DNA of 64,000 nt from an uncultured Eubacteriales bacterium (lineage in GTDB: Bacteria; Bacillota; Clostridia; Christensenellales; UBA1242): contig CADAJB010000001.1 in assembly GCA_902788085.1 (NCBI GenBank), forward strand, positions 5,241-69,240. Direction: 5' to 3'. Below are positions 31,001-40,035 of the stretch, one piece after another (within the stretch, counting starts at the first letter, position 1; each line of letters opens with the position of its first letter). The translations under genes and the position numbers were made by a program. Below the pieces are notes generated by a model. It was not told where the DNA came from and ran no database searches. It worked only from the letters and a program-made list of their open reading frames with translations.

Positions 31001-34000
31001 AGGGCATATTAAAACTAGAAGTTACACCAAGTTATGCTAATTACGATTATATTGAAGTTTATTCTACCGAATTGCAAAACACTACAATATTCTTTACACA
31101 ATATTATAAAAATGGCAATAGTTATGTAGAAATTCCTAATGGTTCTAGTTATAGTGCAGACGGAAAGTTGTTATTGCAAAAACTAACCGGCATAAAAGCA
31201 CAAGGCAAATATTTTGATGGAACTTATTATATAAGCACATATCTTCCAACAAGTGTAAAAGAAGATGTAAACTGCTTCTACATTAAAATAACACCAAAAT
31301 TAAACAATGGGCAAGAAGTTATAGATGCATTTAGTACTGTTGACTATGCGGTATATCCGGGCTTTGTTTCGACTGTTGAATTAAAAGATGTAAAAACAGC
31401 CAAAACTGATGACAATAAATATTTAATAGTAGCCAACCAAACATTTGCATTTAACTTAAATTTAAGTTTGCGCAATGCTAGGGTAAACATAACAACATCT
31501 AATAGTGCAGTTACAATTTATAGTGATGCAGAATGCACTAGCGAAATTAGTGCCGACTATGTAAACAACAAAACCTTATCACAAGAAGTTACACTATATG
31601 CAAAAGTGGGTAGTGGTGTAACAAAAGATGAAGAAATAAGGTTAAATATTCAAGTTTATCAAGATGGTCAACTTGTAGGCAACGATGTTTATACATTTAT
31701 TGTTGCAAACGAGATAATAACAGACTATCACATAGTTTGGAATAAAGACGAAACAACAGGCATAGTAACAATGTCTGATGAGTTAACTATTGGCACAAAC
31801 TCGTACACACAACTAATTATGTATTATAATAATGGTGTAAGTGCCGACTATATTGCTTGGAATAAAATCAACTTTGTAACAAACAACTTTAATGCATGGT
31901 TGTTTGAAACTAAAAACCTAGAAGCGCAAGCATATACTTACTTTACTGCCGACAAATACGGCGAAGAAAACAAAAACTGGCGTTTAATTGGTAATGATGT
32001 GGTTTCGGGCTTAACCTTAACTGTAAAAGCATATATTTACTATAACACAGCAGGCGAGTTGCAAATAAGTACAGAATTGCCAAACGACCCACATGAATAT
32101 AAATATGTTCAAACAATTAACTACAACATAACCTTAAATGTGGTGGTAGATAGCACCGAAGAAAAACCTTTGCACATAGATAGTGTAGAAGACTTTAAAA
32201 AGTTAAATGGCAAAACTGGTCAATACTATATGCTAACTAACGATTTAGTGTTAGATAACTGGGAGCCATTCGAATTAAATGTGGCAAACCTAGACTTTAA
32301 CAACCACAAAGTTGTATTGCGCAGTCTTAACTTAACATCACAAAAAACTGCAACTTCAACAAACATTAGTGCTGGTTTGTTTACAAGCATTGGTGTTAAT
32401 ACAGTTGTTAAAAACCTAATTTTAGATGTATCTATGCTTGTTTATGTAGATGCATTAGATAAATCTGTTGTAGATTTTGGTTTTGTTGCTGGTATAAACC
32501 AAGGTATTATTTATAATGTAGATGTAGTTGCATTTAAAGATATAAAAGTAAATACTTCGCAAGGTGAAAAAGCAATAGACTGGATAGACTTGTTTAACTA
32601 CAAACAAAATAACGACCAAACAGATAGTTTAGGTTTAGAAAGTGCAACCCTTGACGATAGTGCACTAGGTAGTACACAAGATACATTTAATTATTTAGAT
32701 GACCGTTTAGTTTCGGCTAACACAAAATCTATATTTAATCAATTAAAATATAATGACGAAGAAAATAAACAGCAATCGCCTATTAGTGTGTTTATATTAA
32801 CAGGTGGCTATGCCACAACACTAAATAGTTTAACAACACACATTGGTGGAATTGCAGGTACAAACAACGGCTTTATTACAAACGCTAGGGTGGGCAGAAG
32901 TGGCAACATTGTTGTTAATGGCAGTGTGGTAACACTTGATGAAGTTTTAGGCAACGAAGCAACATCATTTAACCTATATGCTGGTGGAAATGTGGCAGGG
33001 CTTGTTGGGTTAAACACTAATGTAATTTCTAGCAGTTATTTTGCAAACGGTTATGTTATAAACTCTACAAACGCAAGTGCAAGCAGCACAAAAACTGCAG
33101 GTTTGGTTGCCGAACAAAACGCAATGGGTCGTGTATATGGTTGTTATGTTCAGGGTGGCATTAATACCCAAAACAACGACACAATGGCCACAAACGGCGG
33201 TGTTAAATCGCAAGGCACGGTTGCAGGGCTTGTTCATACAAACGATGGTGTAATAGAAAATAGTTTAAGCAACATTCCACTTTACAGTAGTATGGGTGTA
33301 GGTGGGTTAGTTTACACAAATAGCAAAAATGGTAAAATAAACACAAGCATTTCGTTAAGTAAAGTTCAATCTACAAACTCGCTTGTTAATGGCTTATTTG
33401 TAGGTGTAGATACAAAACAAGACTTGCAAAACTTTGGTAGTGTAACAAACAGTTATTATTTAATTCAAGATACCATTATTCAACACCCAGCCGAACAGGC
33501 AATAGGCCTAGATATTAATCAATTAGGCAACGCATCTAAATATCTATATGGCTTCTCTTTATATGATAAAGAACAACTAGAACCAGACCTAGATATAGAT
33601 AGTTTTGTATGGCAAATTTACCCTAAAACACAGATGGTGGGTGAGGGCACAGATACACACGAAGTAACAAGTGCAACCTTTAACCTTATTGCAGCCAACA
33701 AAATAACTTATGGCTTGCGTGATGAAAATGCAAACTACTTATTAAAAGAAGAAGATTGCGGTTGGGGTGATAAAAACAACCCAATAGTTCTTGCAAACGC
33801 CGAAGACTTTAACAGATATTTTGGCGAAGACACTATATATTATAGCGATAAATACTTCCGCATTGTTGCAGATATAGACTTTAACGAATTTAACAACTTC
33901 CCAATATATTCATACAAAAAAGTACTTGAAAATACTCACTTGCAAGGTAACGGTTTAGATGTTAAAAACCTAAGCTTTAACACCGAGGGCGGAGATAATT

Positions 34001-37000
34001 CAAGTTTATCAATAGGTTTGTTTAGTGCTGTTAAAAATTCGGTTGTTTCGGGGTTGAATATAAAACTTCTTAATGGCATTTTAGCGGGTGACTTTAAACA
34101 AGTTGGTGCTTTGACTGGCGAAATAACAGAAAGTAGTATATCTAATATAAACATCAGCGGTACAGAAAATAGCAGTATTATAGGTTATAATATGTCGGGT
34201 GGTCTTGCTGGTGTAATAAAAAATAGTAGTTTAAGCAATATTGTTTCTGGTGTGTCGGTATCAAGTTCGTACATAGCAGCATCTAGTGGCGAAAATAAAT
34301 ACAGCATTTCTACATACTCGGCAGAAAACACTGCCACAAACAAACAATGCAGTTATGCGGGCGGAATTGCTGGTATTATAGACGAAGAAAGCACAGCCGA
34401 ATTTTTGGTTGTAGATAACGCTAAAATTACAATCAGCGCCGAACATTCTGGTGGTTTAGTTGGTTATTTAGGTGCAAAAAGTACTTTAACAAACAGCAAG
34501 TTTGTTTTAGCCGACCCAAGCAAAGAAAACGCCCAACTAATAACCAGTACAAACTTTGTTGCTGGTGGGTTAGTTGCTGAAAACTTAGGTAAAATTAAAT
34601 ATAGTTATGTAGATTATAACCAAGATGTTCAAAAAGCGTTAGACACCCAAGCATTAAGTTCTACCGATGTAAACAACACTTTGGGCAACCTAGATATATT
34701 TGCAAGTTCTAATAGCATAGCAATTGGTGGTTTGGTAGGTTTAAACTTTGGTGGTAGCATTTTAGATAGTTATACTCGTGCCGAAGTTGTATCTAAAAAA
34801 GCGCACATTGCTGGTGGTTTAATTGGTATTGCAACTAATACATTAATAACAAGTGTAGATACTAGTCAAACCATAAGTGGTTTGCTAGCTTATTCAGACA
34901 ATAGCGAAAGCGGTTTAATAAAATATGCTGTTTCTGATATAGACCGTGTTTATACTACATCATTTGTATATGCAAAACAAGCAGTTGGTGGATTAATTGG
35001 TTACTTAAATGGTCAAGTTTATACTAATACCGAAACAACAATAGTTGCAGTAAACAAAATGCCACAAACAACTGCATACAACTATAATAATGTTGCATAC
35101 AAAGGTAACACAATAGGTTATTATCGTACAACATCTAAAAAAGATATATTTGTTGTAAAAATTCAAGGTCAAGAAGAAGCCGCATATTCTAACAGCAAAT
35201 ATGGTATTTTTGCTGTAAATAAAGGCGGAACAAATAAAGAATTAGCCTTTGAATACGAAATAGGCAATTTAGCGCCATCTAACCAGTTATATACTAACTT
35301 CTTAGAAGGGTATTCGGTATCTTACCTAGATACAATACAAAAAGATACAATTATATTTAACGGTTTGGCAATGCAAGAAGAAAATGTTTGGGCAGTAGAT
35401 ACCACAAAAACCGAAAGCATAATGCCAACTTTGCGTACCAACAATGTTGTATATACGGTAGATATAAAAACAAAAGAAGATTGGGTAAAACTACAACAGG
35501 CTTATGGTGCAGTTTCTACATACAATTTGATAGATAATTTAACCATAGATGACGAAAACAACATAATTTATAACACATTCGAAACATTTAATGCTAAAAA
35601 TGTTGTATTGCAAGGCAACGAACACACGGTTTATGTAAATGTTACACAAAACTTTACACCATTATTTGGTGATGCCGAAGGTTTGACATTAAATAATGTT
35701 AAGTTTGTATTTAATGTAACTCAAAATCCAACAAACGCAATAAAATCGTTGTTATGTAATAGTGCAATTAATTGTTCGTTTAACAATGTAGAAATAGAAA
35801 TTAAAAACACCCTAACCTTGCTAGCAGGCACAACAACATTTGGTTGTTTTGTAGGCCAAGTTAAAGATAAAGTTTCTATATACAACTGCAAGGTAAGTGG
35901 CACAATTAATTTTAATGGTGCTTATGCAAACGAAATTCGTTTTGGTGGGTTGATTGGTGATTTATCTTATGCAACCACCCAGCAAAACATATCTAGCATA
36001 AACTCTAACAATTATGGCAACCTTACACTAAATTTAAGCGCAACATTTAATGGCACAACATATATAGGTGGATTAGTTGGTTATATAAGCGGACAACATA
36101 CTGTACGCGGTGTAATAAATAATACATCTAATATGGTGCTAAACATAAAACAAAACTCTACAATAACCGCTAATGCAGACTTATTTATGGGTGGTATTGC
36201 GGGGTATGTAGATAGTGCAAGTTTTAGTAATATATCAGTTTCAAACAAAGGCACATACACAATAACTGGTAGTGCAAATGCAAACATAGGTGGTGCTTTT
36301 GGTAAACTATCAGGCATAGCAAAAGCCAACAACATTGTGGTAAAAAACGGTGGCGAATATAACCTAACTATGCAAGTAGTTACAAACTTTGGTGGTGTTG
36401 CTGGTTTGTTTGATGCCCAAACTAATGCCGAAATTGGATTTAGTACAGTTGAAGCAGACTTTATAATAACAAACACAAATACAGCAAATGTGGGTGTATT
36501 TGTTGGTAAGTTAAATTCAACAGCCGATAAAACCAATGTTATTAATGCGGTTATTGCAATGGGCGACTTAACCCTAACACCTCAGGCAAACCTAAATGCT
36601 GGTGGTTTGGTTGGTATTATAGATAGCACCAAAAAGGCGTATATTAATAATAGTGCGGTTTATAGCACAATTAATATACAAAATGGTGCAAATAATATTG
36701 ATATAAACATAGGTGGTTTTGCGGGTGTAAGACAAAGTGGCACGCTTGAAATTAATAATAGTGTTGCTTATGGTGCTATTTATAGTAAATACACAGGCAC
36801 AAGCGATGACAATAATGTGTTTAACCTTGCTGGTGCTGTTGGTGCTATTCAAGGCGAAATGCTAAAACTATGTATTATAGGTACAGCAATTATTTATAAA
36901 AACAACAACCTTATAAATGTTGATGCTATCACAAACGATATTGCAACAAATAGTGTAAGGTTAACAAAAGTATATTATGTACCTAATATGGTAGGTCAGT

Positions 37001-39153
37001 TTAGTATTTACGAAAGTGCTATAATGCTAAGTTTAAACGACTTAACAAATAGCGATAAGTGGTTGCAAGAAAATTCTGCACGCACAAACCCTACTAGATT
37101 TGCTATACCATCGATTACAAGTCAAGAAACACAAACTTTATATAGTTATTTTGCTGTATCAAATGTTATTGTAAATAGCATTACAGACAACGCAAAAACA
37201 AGGTTTATAGAAATTAATAATCTAGAATTAATTGGCAACAATACCGAAGAAGGTGCTATTGTTAGATTAGCAAGCACAACATATAACACAACAAATAGCA
37301 TAACCTTAAACGATAATATTGCAAGATTAGTTGCCGATAACGCCGAAGTAACAACCAGCACAAACTTGTTTACACAAATTCCACAAGAAATGTTAATTAG
37401 TGGTATTAAGTTAAAACTTAATAATAATAAATTGTCTAAAACAATAAATAACGCGTTTGGTTTGTTGGCAAACGAAAATAGTGGTTTAGTGTTTGATTGT
37501 GGACTTGGCAGTATTATAGACGAAGACATACAAGATGACGCACACTATGTATTTACCGAACAAAAATTTGAAGAGAATAGTAGCAGTTTTGTAAACTACT
37601 ATGATGCACCAAACTGGACTGTTTTAGAGTTAGATATAGGCGCTGGTGCAAGTGTAGGTGGTTTGGTTGGTAACAACCTAGGGCAAGTAAATGGCTGTTA
37701 TGCTTATGCCGACTTTGTGTTTACTAATACTGCAAATAATACAAGTTTTGGTGGGTTAGTAGGTACAAACTCTATTTTAACAAATAGTTACATTATAGGT
37801 AGGCAAGTATATACCATAAACACATCTAACTTAGGTAAAGTATTTAACGCAAGCGGAAATGCAGTTAAAGATTGTGTATCTTATGTTGTATATTATGTAG
37901 AAAATGGTGATGTTGAAGTTAAAAACACAATTTTAGAAAGCGGAAACACACTATCTGCTATTTGGAAAACTATTAGTGCATATAACTATGGTATTAGTAT
38001 GTTTACAAGATATTATAACAACGAAGATATAAAATTAGCATACTACACAGGTGACGGACTTGCAAACCCTTACGAAATTATAGATTATATGCAACTATAT
38101 AGTTATTTAATAGACAACCCAGATGTAGATGTTGCTTTAGTTAAAAATGTTTTTGTAACAAACAACTCGTGTATTGCTAGGCAAACTAAACAACCAACTA
38201 TTGGCGCGTTGTTTAATGGTAATGGCAAAAACTTGTATGTAAAATCTTATACACAAGACATACGAACAAACGAAGTAGTTTATACAATATTTAATGATGT
38301 GTTAAATACCGCAGATGTATATAACCTAAACTTAATAATAGGCGAACAAACAATACAAACCCCAGAACCTAACAAAAAGTTGTATTTTGGTGGCTTTGCC
38401 CTAGATTGTAAAGGTTCGGTTAAAAATGTTTATGCATACAGCATACGCTCTTCAACAGCAACAGGAAGCGAAAACAAAATAACCCTAAAAGCAACAGCAT
38501 CAAGCGAAAACTATGCAGGTGGATTATTTGCAAAATTTAGCGCAAATATGCTTCAAAAATGCATAATTAAAGTTAACTTTGTTTTGGCAAATGATAGTGA
38601 AGAAATAAATATGGGTGCTGCTATTGGAATGATTAATAGTAAGTCGTTAAGTATTTACAACTGCAAAGTAGATACATTTATTGGTTATCTTGCGGGTGGT
38701 TTTACAAAACCAACAAGTGTTTCGGGCAGTATATTAAACATTTATGATTGTTATACCACATACAAGGTGTTAACAGGTGGCACATTAAACGAAACTAAAA
38801 CACAATACAACGGTATAACCCTTTACCCAAGTGGTGAAAATGAAAGAGCATACTTTACATTTGTAAACGATTATAACGATAAATCAACAAGTAAGAAAAA
38901 CTCGGTAAATGTATTTAATTCATACTATTTAATTGAAGACATCAATAATATAGTATATGCTTGTGCTTACAACTCGACGGGGCAAGCAGTAAATGGTGCA
39001 CCAGCATTTGCTGTAAAAGATTTAAGTGATTTAACACAATATGACGAATTGATGGACGCATATCTAAATAGTGGCAACTATATAAAAGTATTAGGTGGAT
39101 ACCCAATATTAAAATTAGATAGCACGCAACAAGAGAATACATCGGGTGAATAA
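25045..39153 (+). CDS. giant surface lipoprotein (4702 aa) with Ig-like N-terminal region and five GLUG-motif beta-helix modules
   Basis: Uninterrupted 14,109-nt ORF. Signal peptide plus lipobox GFAGC. More than 25 GGL(V/I)G.N.G.I..(S/C)Y-type motifs. Confidence 0.85.
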   Translation: MKNKIAIFSLMLVAFLGGIFGFAGCGDKYQNLSIELKGANIVEEEDGSKYIDISFDESDPTKNVIEFSATILGYTEDMVKTMKLSVPQDKAVINSTRTRGDTTTFNVTILTSGIIPVVVYSNETHKVSASLKIRSLLPTSAIEDNNATLTFMRPTIQENSKKYLLNDEQIVKFTPTYSSVRAVKYEIQNIQGVSIEEENGLSYIVVDNNAVLGMLPITVTSLRAVSGSSEYAEDLTDEQKEKLSTTVYALIYDSSWGLDVYNTQFEDGIQTLKLSSKAGQYTVNQRLASFGQTKTAVDLSSVGNLHAVYFANTNNKNICYVEENDGAFDIYSASRGSASLTFGVDLYYVPNYTGNGNVANLNDYKKVLSYEKQIDVEVIDTPTYIQLTNANGITSNTNATISIYEQQKDGDGEDAQIVYGKDAYISVNVTPLTLPDAYKRFTLDLRARNDNGDIDEGYTNRAKEIVTLYYYSQNNVVVPINLNDDITDIISSGVNGTKIYIAFNATSADIITSVELVVKTLQITDVDDTLTSIVTCNFKDSVISIDDINTNGFSIIHEVEDVKYAYISMDDSQNGVACAVKYTTKTYDSSSSVTPEANQSFIVNTSNNSEEVVRIITQDNSNKFVLYPRAQGSVEVSVTSENNITYKFIVRVIKSAQSFSINYEQSTGKTGEVTRYNGEIAEDDEISQPSSILNYGLKTMYLQADSRIRLNAVANPTGADIIATNQPYTIYKIQGEYTSGISITQDNTSGESVIYLNAKKAGEYNVVCVASTFVKDENGIYNISSINRGFKVYVFNKIEGVVWTINNEEFYVPENDNTLVYEIYDNDSVAFDKQNTFPYNDAAYYLNQMGLQSFMSAGQPHLNASALSSKELYISFYARPYGTNRQVPNYINSETSTSSQIPTDSTQAVSYHYSIDYASGIPNKLASIINVGTDSQEYTENDSTQLYSPYNIWMGFTSVLDDSAKEYVYEYKISVIITQANTIQKTSVFTLRIIQPVRSEYVDTVDEINLEYGGLNTPSTALNISVQPNNVYDARWVYSLGGQGLSVSLINEVKGIKDGIVNSVLDNGIIRFDPNTMQLSISPDYTGSNADTSITFYALDSIALLRDVSTDVYTFGTAGGQPVFVATDGTNILGYTAKLPIFKTINVHINSGESPNSPFVIKTANEFKNFITNIYNGNTYEGQYIKVENDIYGINIPAGLNTNGWFSGVLFADNKTTLHFLSAPLNLFGKIKNGSINNIDFVFSNAFESVLTECPDTQGNKVGILASIIVNDYLTPTQKAECYYLNTQTNAYEEVQPLNYSTIIYNHIFNNVSVSLNNNVIINTQNNAHLKFGVIAGNAVGAEFNNCEVNLQSDVAYNELYGVIVSAEIGSSLNFVSGFIGVGNKLLDDENNACEVSNVITNCVVRMYGNNAIISNWTAAGFIASAWGGVDLSYSYVLAYDKTQPNIQAKMIAGLVVLQNGSAECLIKVNHCFVSANIYSTVGANSIAALIQYNYSSQSGTPDIVENNVSYNFVNVVTSNTDIALIFFQNDIGPAYINKDSLLNKSYANIVENGVANTTTYGLDFDNLDSNFTTLYPSYNNGLPLLTRVDGSLLYDNILPEINCNILAETVLAYDSLNQPILDSQRIILDANTTYALKDLIDTTNFNAYPVALVRNYSSYDVTITQNTYFNVGNTTIKFNKAGEYLLTLVSQQDSSLKQVLKFLVKSDTSNVKLYTESNGEDVELSSGKEVLVYKNETYSVNVLDMPNDVSEIAYIRYITDNKDAIVFSTTQPIEWVENGSEYYVDIPMSVAHTIKMIDNATISYKYVLKYVYNYTEEVAGETINKTANYQDIVYNKTDEHGVDVFTFNVKIVPNVSLNINSADLYTSDELLFVVTADIIDAPKFNYNGDYINNLSAPITNQVVVDGKTLYTYTYYITVKDLYKQITQNVSQVIDVIYNDEVLSSLNITIMPTPIASILPLFYYNGQDALIDDTSRSSHTIIPGGEGILKLEVTPSYANYDYIEVYSTELQNTTIFFTQYYKNGNSYVEIPNGSSYSADGKLLLQKLTGIKAQGKYFDGTYYISTYLPTSVKEDVNCFYIKITPKLNNGQEVIDAFSTVDYAVYPGFVSTVELKDVKTAKTDDNKYLIVANQTFAFNLNLSLRNARVNITTSNSAVTIYSDAECTSEISADYVNNKTLSQEVTLYAKVGSGVTKDEEIRLNIQVYQDGQLVGNDVYTFIVANEIITDYHIVWNKDETTGIVTMSDELTIGTNSYTQLIMYYNNGVSADYIAWNKINFVTNNFNAWLFETKNLEAQAYTYFTADKYGEENKNWRLIGNDVVSGLTLTVKAYIYYNTAGELQISTELPNDPHEYKYVQTINYNITLNVVVDSTEEKPLHIDSVEDFKKLNGKTGQYYMLTNDLVLDNWEPFELNVANLDFNNHKVVLRSLNLTSQKTATSTNISAGLFTSIGVNTVVKNLILDVSMLVYVDALDKSVVDFGFVAGINQGIIYNVDVVAFKDIKVNTSQGEKAIDWIDLFNYKQNNDQTDSLGLESATLDDSALGSTQDTFNYLDDRLVSANTKSIFNQLKYNDEENKQQSPISVFILTGGYATTLNSLTTHIGGIAGTNNGFITNARVGRSGNIVVNGSVVTLDEVLGNEATSFNLYAGGNVAGLVGLNTNVISSSYFANGYVINSTNASASSTKTAGLVAEQNAMGRVYGCYVQGGINTQNNDTMATNGGVKSQGTVAGLVHTNDGVIENSLSNIPLYSSMGVGGLVYTNSKNGKINTSISLSKVQSTNSLVNGLFVGVDTKQDLQNFGSVTNSYYLIQDTIIQHPAEQAIGLDINQLGNASKYLYGFSLYDKEQLEPDLDIDSFVWQIYPKTQMVGEGTDTHEVTSATFNLIAANKITYGLRDENANYLLKEEDCGWGDKNNPIVLANAEDFNRYFGEDTIYYSDKYFRIVADIDFNEFNNFPIYSYKKVLENTHLQGNGLDVKNLSFNTEGGDNSSLSIGLFSAVKNSVVSGLNIKLLNGILAGDFKQVGALTGEITESSISNINISGTENSSIIGYNMSGGLAGVIKNSSLSNIVSGVSVSSSYIAASSGENKYSISTYSAENTATNKQCSYAGGIAGIIDEESTAEFLVVDNAKITISAEHSGGLVGYLGAKSTLTNSKFVLADPSKENAQLITSTNFVAGGLVAENLGKIKYSYVDYNQDVQKALDTQALSSTDVNNTLGNLDIFASSNSIAIGGLVGLNFGGSILDSYTRAEVVSKKAHIAGGLIGIATNTLITSVDTSQTISGLLAYSDNSESGLIKYAVSDIDRVYTTSFVYAKQAVGGLIGYLNGQVYTNTETTIVAVNKMPQTTAYNYNNVAYKGNTIGYYRTTSKKDIFVVKIQGQEEAAYSNSKYGIFAVNKGGTNKELAFEYEIGNLAPSNQLYTNFLEGYSVSYLDTIQKDTIIFNGLAMQEENVWAVDTTKTESIMPTLRTNNVVYTVDIKTKEDWVKLQQAYGAVSTYNLIDNLTIDDENNIIYNTFETFNAKNVVLQGNEHTVYVNVTQNFTPLFGDAEGLTLNNVKFVFNVTQNPTNAIKSLLCNSAINCSFNNVEIEIKNTLTLLAGTTTFGCFVGQVKDKVSIYNCKVSGTINFNGAYANEIRFGGLIGDLSYATTQQNISSINSNNYGNLTLNLSATFNGTTYIGGLVGYISGQHTVRGVINNTSNMVLNIKQNSTITANADLFMGGIAGYVDSASFSNISVSNKGTYTITGSANANIGGAFGKLSGIAKANNIVVKNGGEYNLTMQVVTNFGGVAGLFDAQTNAEIGFSTVEADFIITNTNTANVGVFVGKLNSTADKTNVINAVIAMGDLTLTPQANLNAGGLVGIIDSTKKAYINNSAVYSTINIQNGANNIDINIGGFAGVRQSGTLEINNSVAYGAIYSKYTGTSDDNNVFNLAGAVGAIQGEMLKLCIIGTAIIYKNNNLINVDAITNDIATNSVRLTKVYYVPNMVGQFSIYESAIMLSLNDLTNSDKWLQENSARTNPTRFAIPSITSQETQTLYSYFAVSNVIVNSITDNAKTRFIEINNLELIGNNTEEGAIVRLASTTYNTTNSITLNDNIARLVADNAEVTTSTNLFTQIPQEMLISGIKLKLNNNKLSKTINNAFGLLANENSGLVFDCGLGSIIDEDIQDDAHYVFTEQKFEENSSSFVNYYDAPNWTVLELDIGAGASVGGLVGNNLGQVNGCYAYADFVFTNTANNTSFGGLVGTNSILTNSYIIGRQVYTINTSNLGKVFNASGNAVKDCVSYVVYYVENGDVEVKNTILESGNTLSAIWKTISAYNYGISMFTRYYNNEDIKLAYYTGDGLANPYEIIDYMQLYSYLIDNPDVDVALVKNVFVTNNSCIARQTKQPTIGALFNGNGKNLYVKSYTQDIRTNEVVYTIFNDVLNTADVYNLNLIIGEQTIQTPEPNKKLYFGGFALDCKGSVKNVYAYSIRSSTATGSENKITLKATASSENYAGGLFAKFSANMLQKCIIKVNFVLANDSEEINMGAAIGMINSKSLSIYNCKVDTFIGYLAGGFTKPTSVSGSILNIYDCYTTYKVLTGGTLNETKTQYNGITLYPSGENERAYFTFVNDYNDKSTSKKNSVNVFNSYYLIEDINNIVYACAYNSTGQAVNGAPAFAVKDLSDLTQYDELMDAYLNSGNYIKVLGGYPILKLDSTQQENTSGE

Positions 39154-39160
39154 AAAACAA

Positions 39161-39190
39161 AAAAATCTCAACAATTAGTTGGGATTTTTT
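39161..39190. terminator. bidirectional intrinsic terminator
   Basis: AAATCTCAAC-AATTA-GTTGGGATTT flanked by an A-run and a T-run, between the giant gene and lepB. Confidence 0.7.
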
Positions 39191-39193
39191 GTT

Positions 39194-39928
39194 TTAAAAG
39201 TTTAAGTTAAATTGTAAAAGCGTGGCAATAATATCGTGCCATATTGTGTTGTCATAAATTATTTTATCTACAACGCCCAGCATGCGTATTTGGTCTAGTG
39301 GGCCAACATAGCGCGAGTCTAAACTATTGTTTCGGTTGTCACCCATAAAAAAGTAATAGCCTTGTGGTATGGTTATATAACCATCACTATCGCGTGGGCA
39401 TTTTATATACCAGTTAGTTTGTTTGTTAAATGTTTCTACAACATATTTATCGGTATCGGGGTTTATATAATCTTCTTCTAATTTTACACCATTGCGCCAA
39501 ACTTCGTTTTTGTTGGTTTCTTCGTTGTGTATAATTTTTAATTTATCACCACCAACAGCAATAATGCGCTTTACTATTAGTTTTGTGTTTTGTGCATCAA
39601 ATGTAACCAAACCCTTTGTGTTTATAATAACAATGTCTTTATAACTAGGTTTTGTAAACTTGTTTACAAGCACTATATCTTTTTGCCCCGAATACTGTCC
39701 CGTTTCGGTAGAGTTTAGGTTTGGGCACATAGATGCACCTGCAATAATTTTTGCAAAATGCGAATTTAGGTATATATAGCAGTTTAATATAACAGCCAAT
39801 GCTAAAAGTAGGGCAACAACTTTTGCCCATAGGGTATATCTTTTATATTCGGGTTTAAAAATACTGCCTTTGGGGTCTTTTATTTTTAACACTTTATACC
39901 GCCTTTTATATAGTGCATAGTACTGCAT
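39194..39928 (-). CDS. lepB: signal peptidase I (bacterial P-type, S26A)
   Basis: GASMCPNL (Ser box), KRIIAVGGDKL (Lys box), GDNRNNSLDSRY. Alternative start GTG 39889 with AAAGGCGG RBS. Confidence 0.88.
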   Translation of the reverse strand: MQYYALYKRRYKVLKIKDPKGSIFKPEYKRYTLWAKVVALLLALAVILNCYIYLNSHFAKIIAGASMCPNLNSTETGQYSGQKDIVLVNKFTKPSYKDIVIINTKGLVTFDAQNTKLIVKRIIAVGGDKLKIIHNEETNKNEVWRNGVKLEEDYINPDTDKYVVETFNKQTNWYIKCPRDSDGYITIPQGYYFFMGDNRNNSLDSRYVGPLDQIRMLGVVDKIIYDNTIWHDIIATLLQFNLNF

Positions 39929-39935
39929 AGTACCC
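39912..39935. repeat. tandem half-units of the repeat family
   Basis: AGTGCATAGTAC-TGCATAGTACCC. 20 nt are identical (reverse complement) to 53219-53238. Confidence 0.7.
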
Positions 39936-39946
39936 TTAATAAATTA

Positions 39947-39975
39947 ATATTATCATTTTTTTATATGTTTTACAA
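39947..39975 (-). promoter_or_regulatory. sigma-A-type promoter for lepB
   Basis: Minus strand reads TTGTAA, 17 nt, TGa-TAATAT. Confidence 0.5.
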
Positions 39976-39987
39976 CTAAAAATAGTT

Positions 39988-40015
39988 ATAAAAAAATAAA
40001 AGGGTAGTTATACCC
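39988..40015 (-). terminator. intrinsic terminator after ppa
   Basis: Minus strand reads GGGTA-TAAC-TACCC followed by TTTTATTTTTTT. Confidence 0.5.
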
Positions 40016-40035
40016 AATTATTGACAAAAAATTTT

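Noticed and set aside
36081-37529. Minus-strand ORFs of 151, 86 and 127 aa inside the giant gene (36081-36536, 36592-36852, 37146-37529); similar smaller ones at 25401-35903
   Set aside because: They are shadow ORFs antisense to the GGLVG-repeat coding region. Their hydrophobic low-complexity translations carry no start signals.
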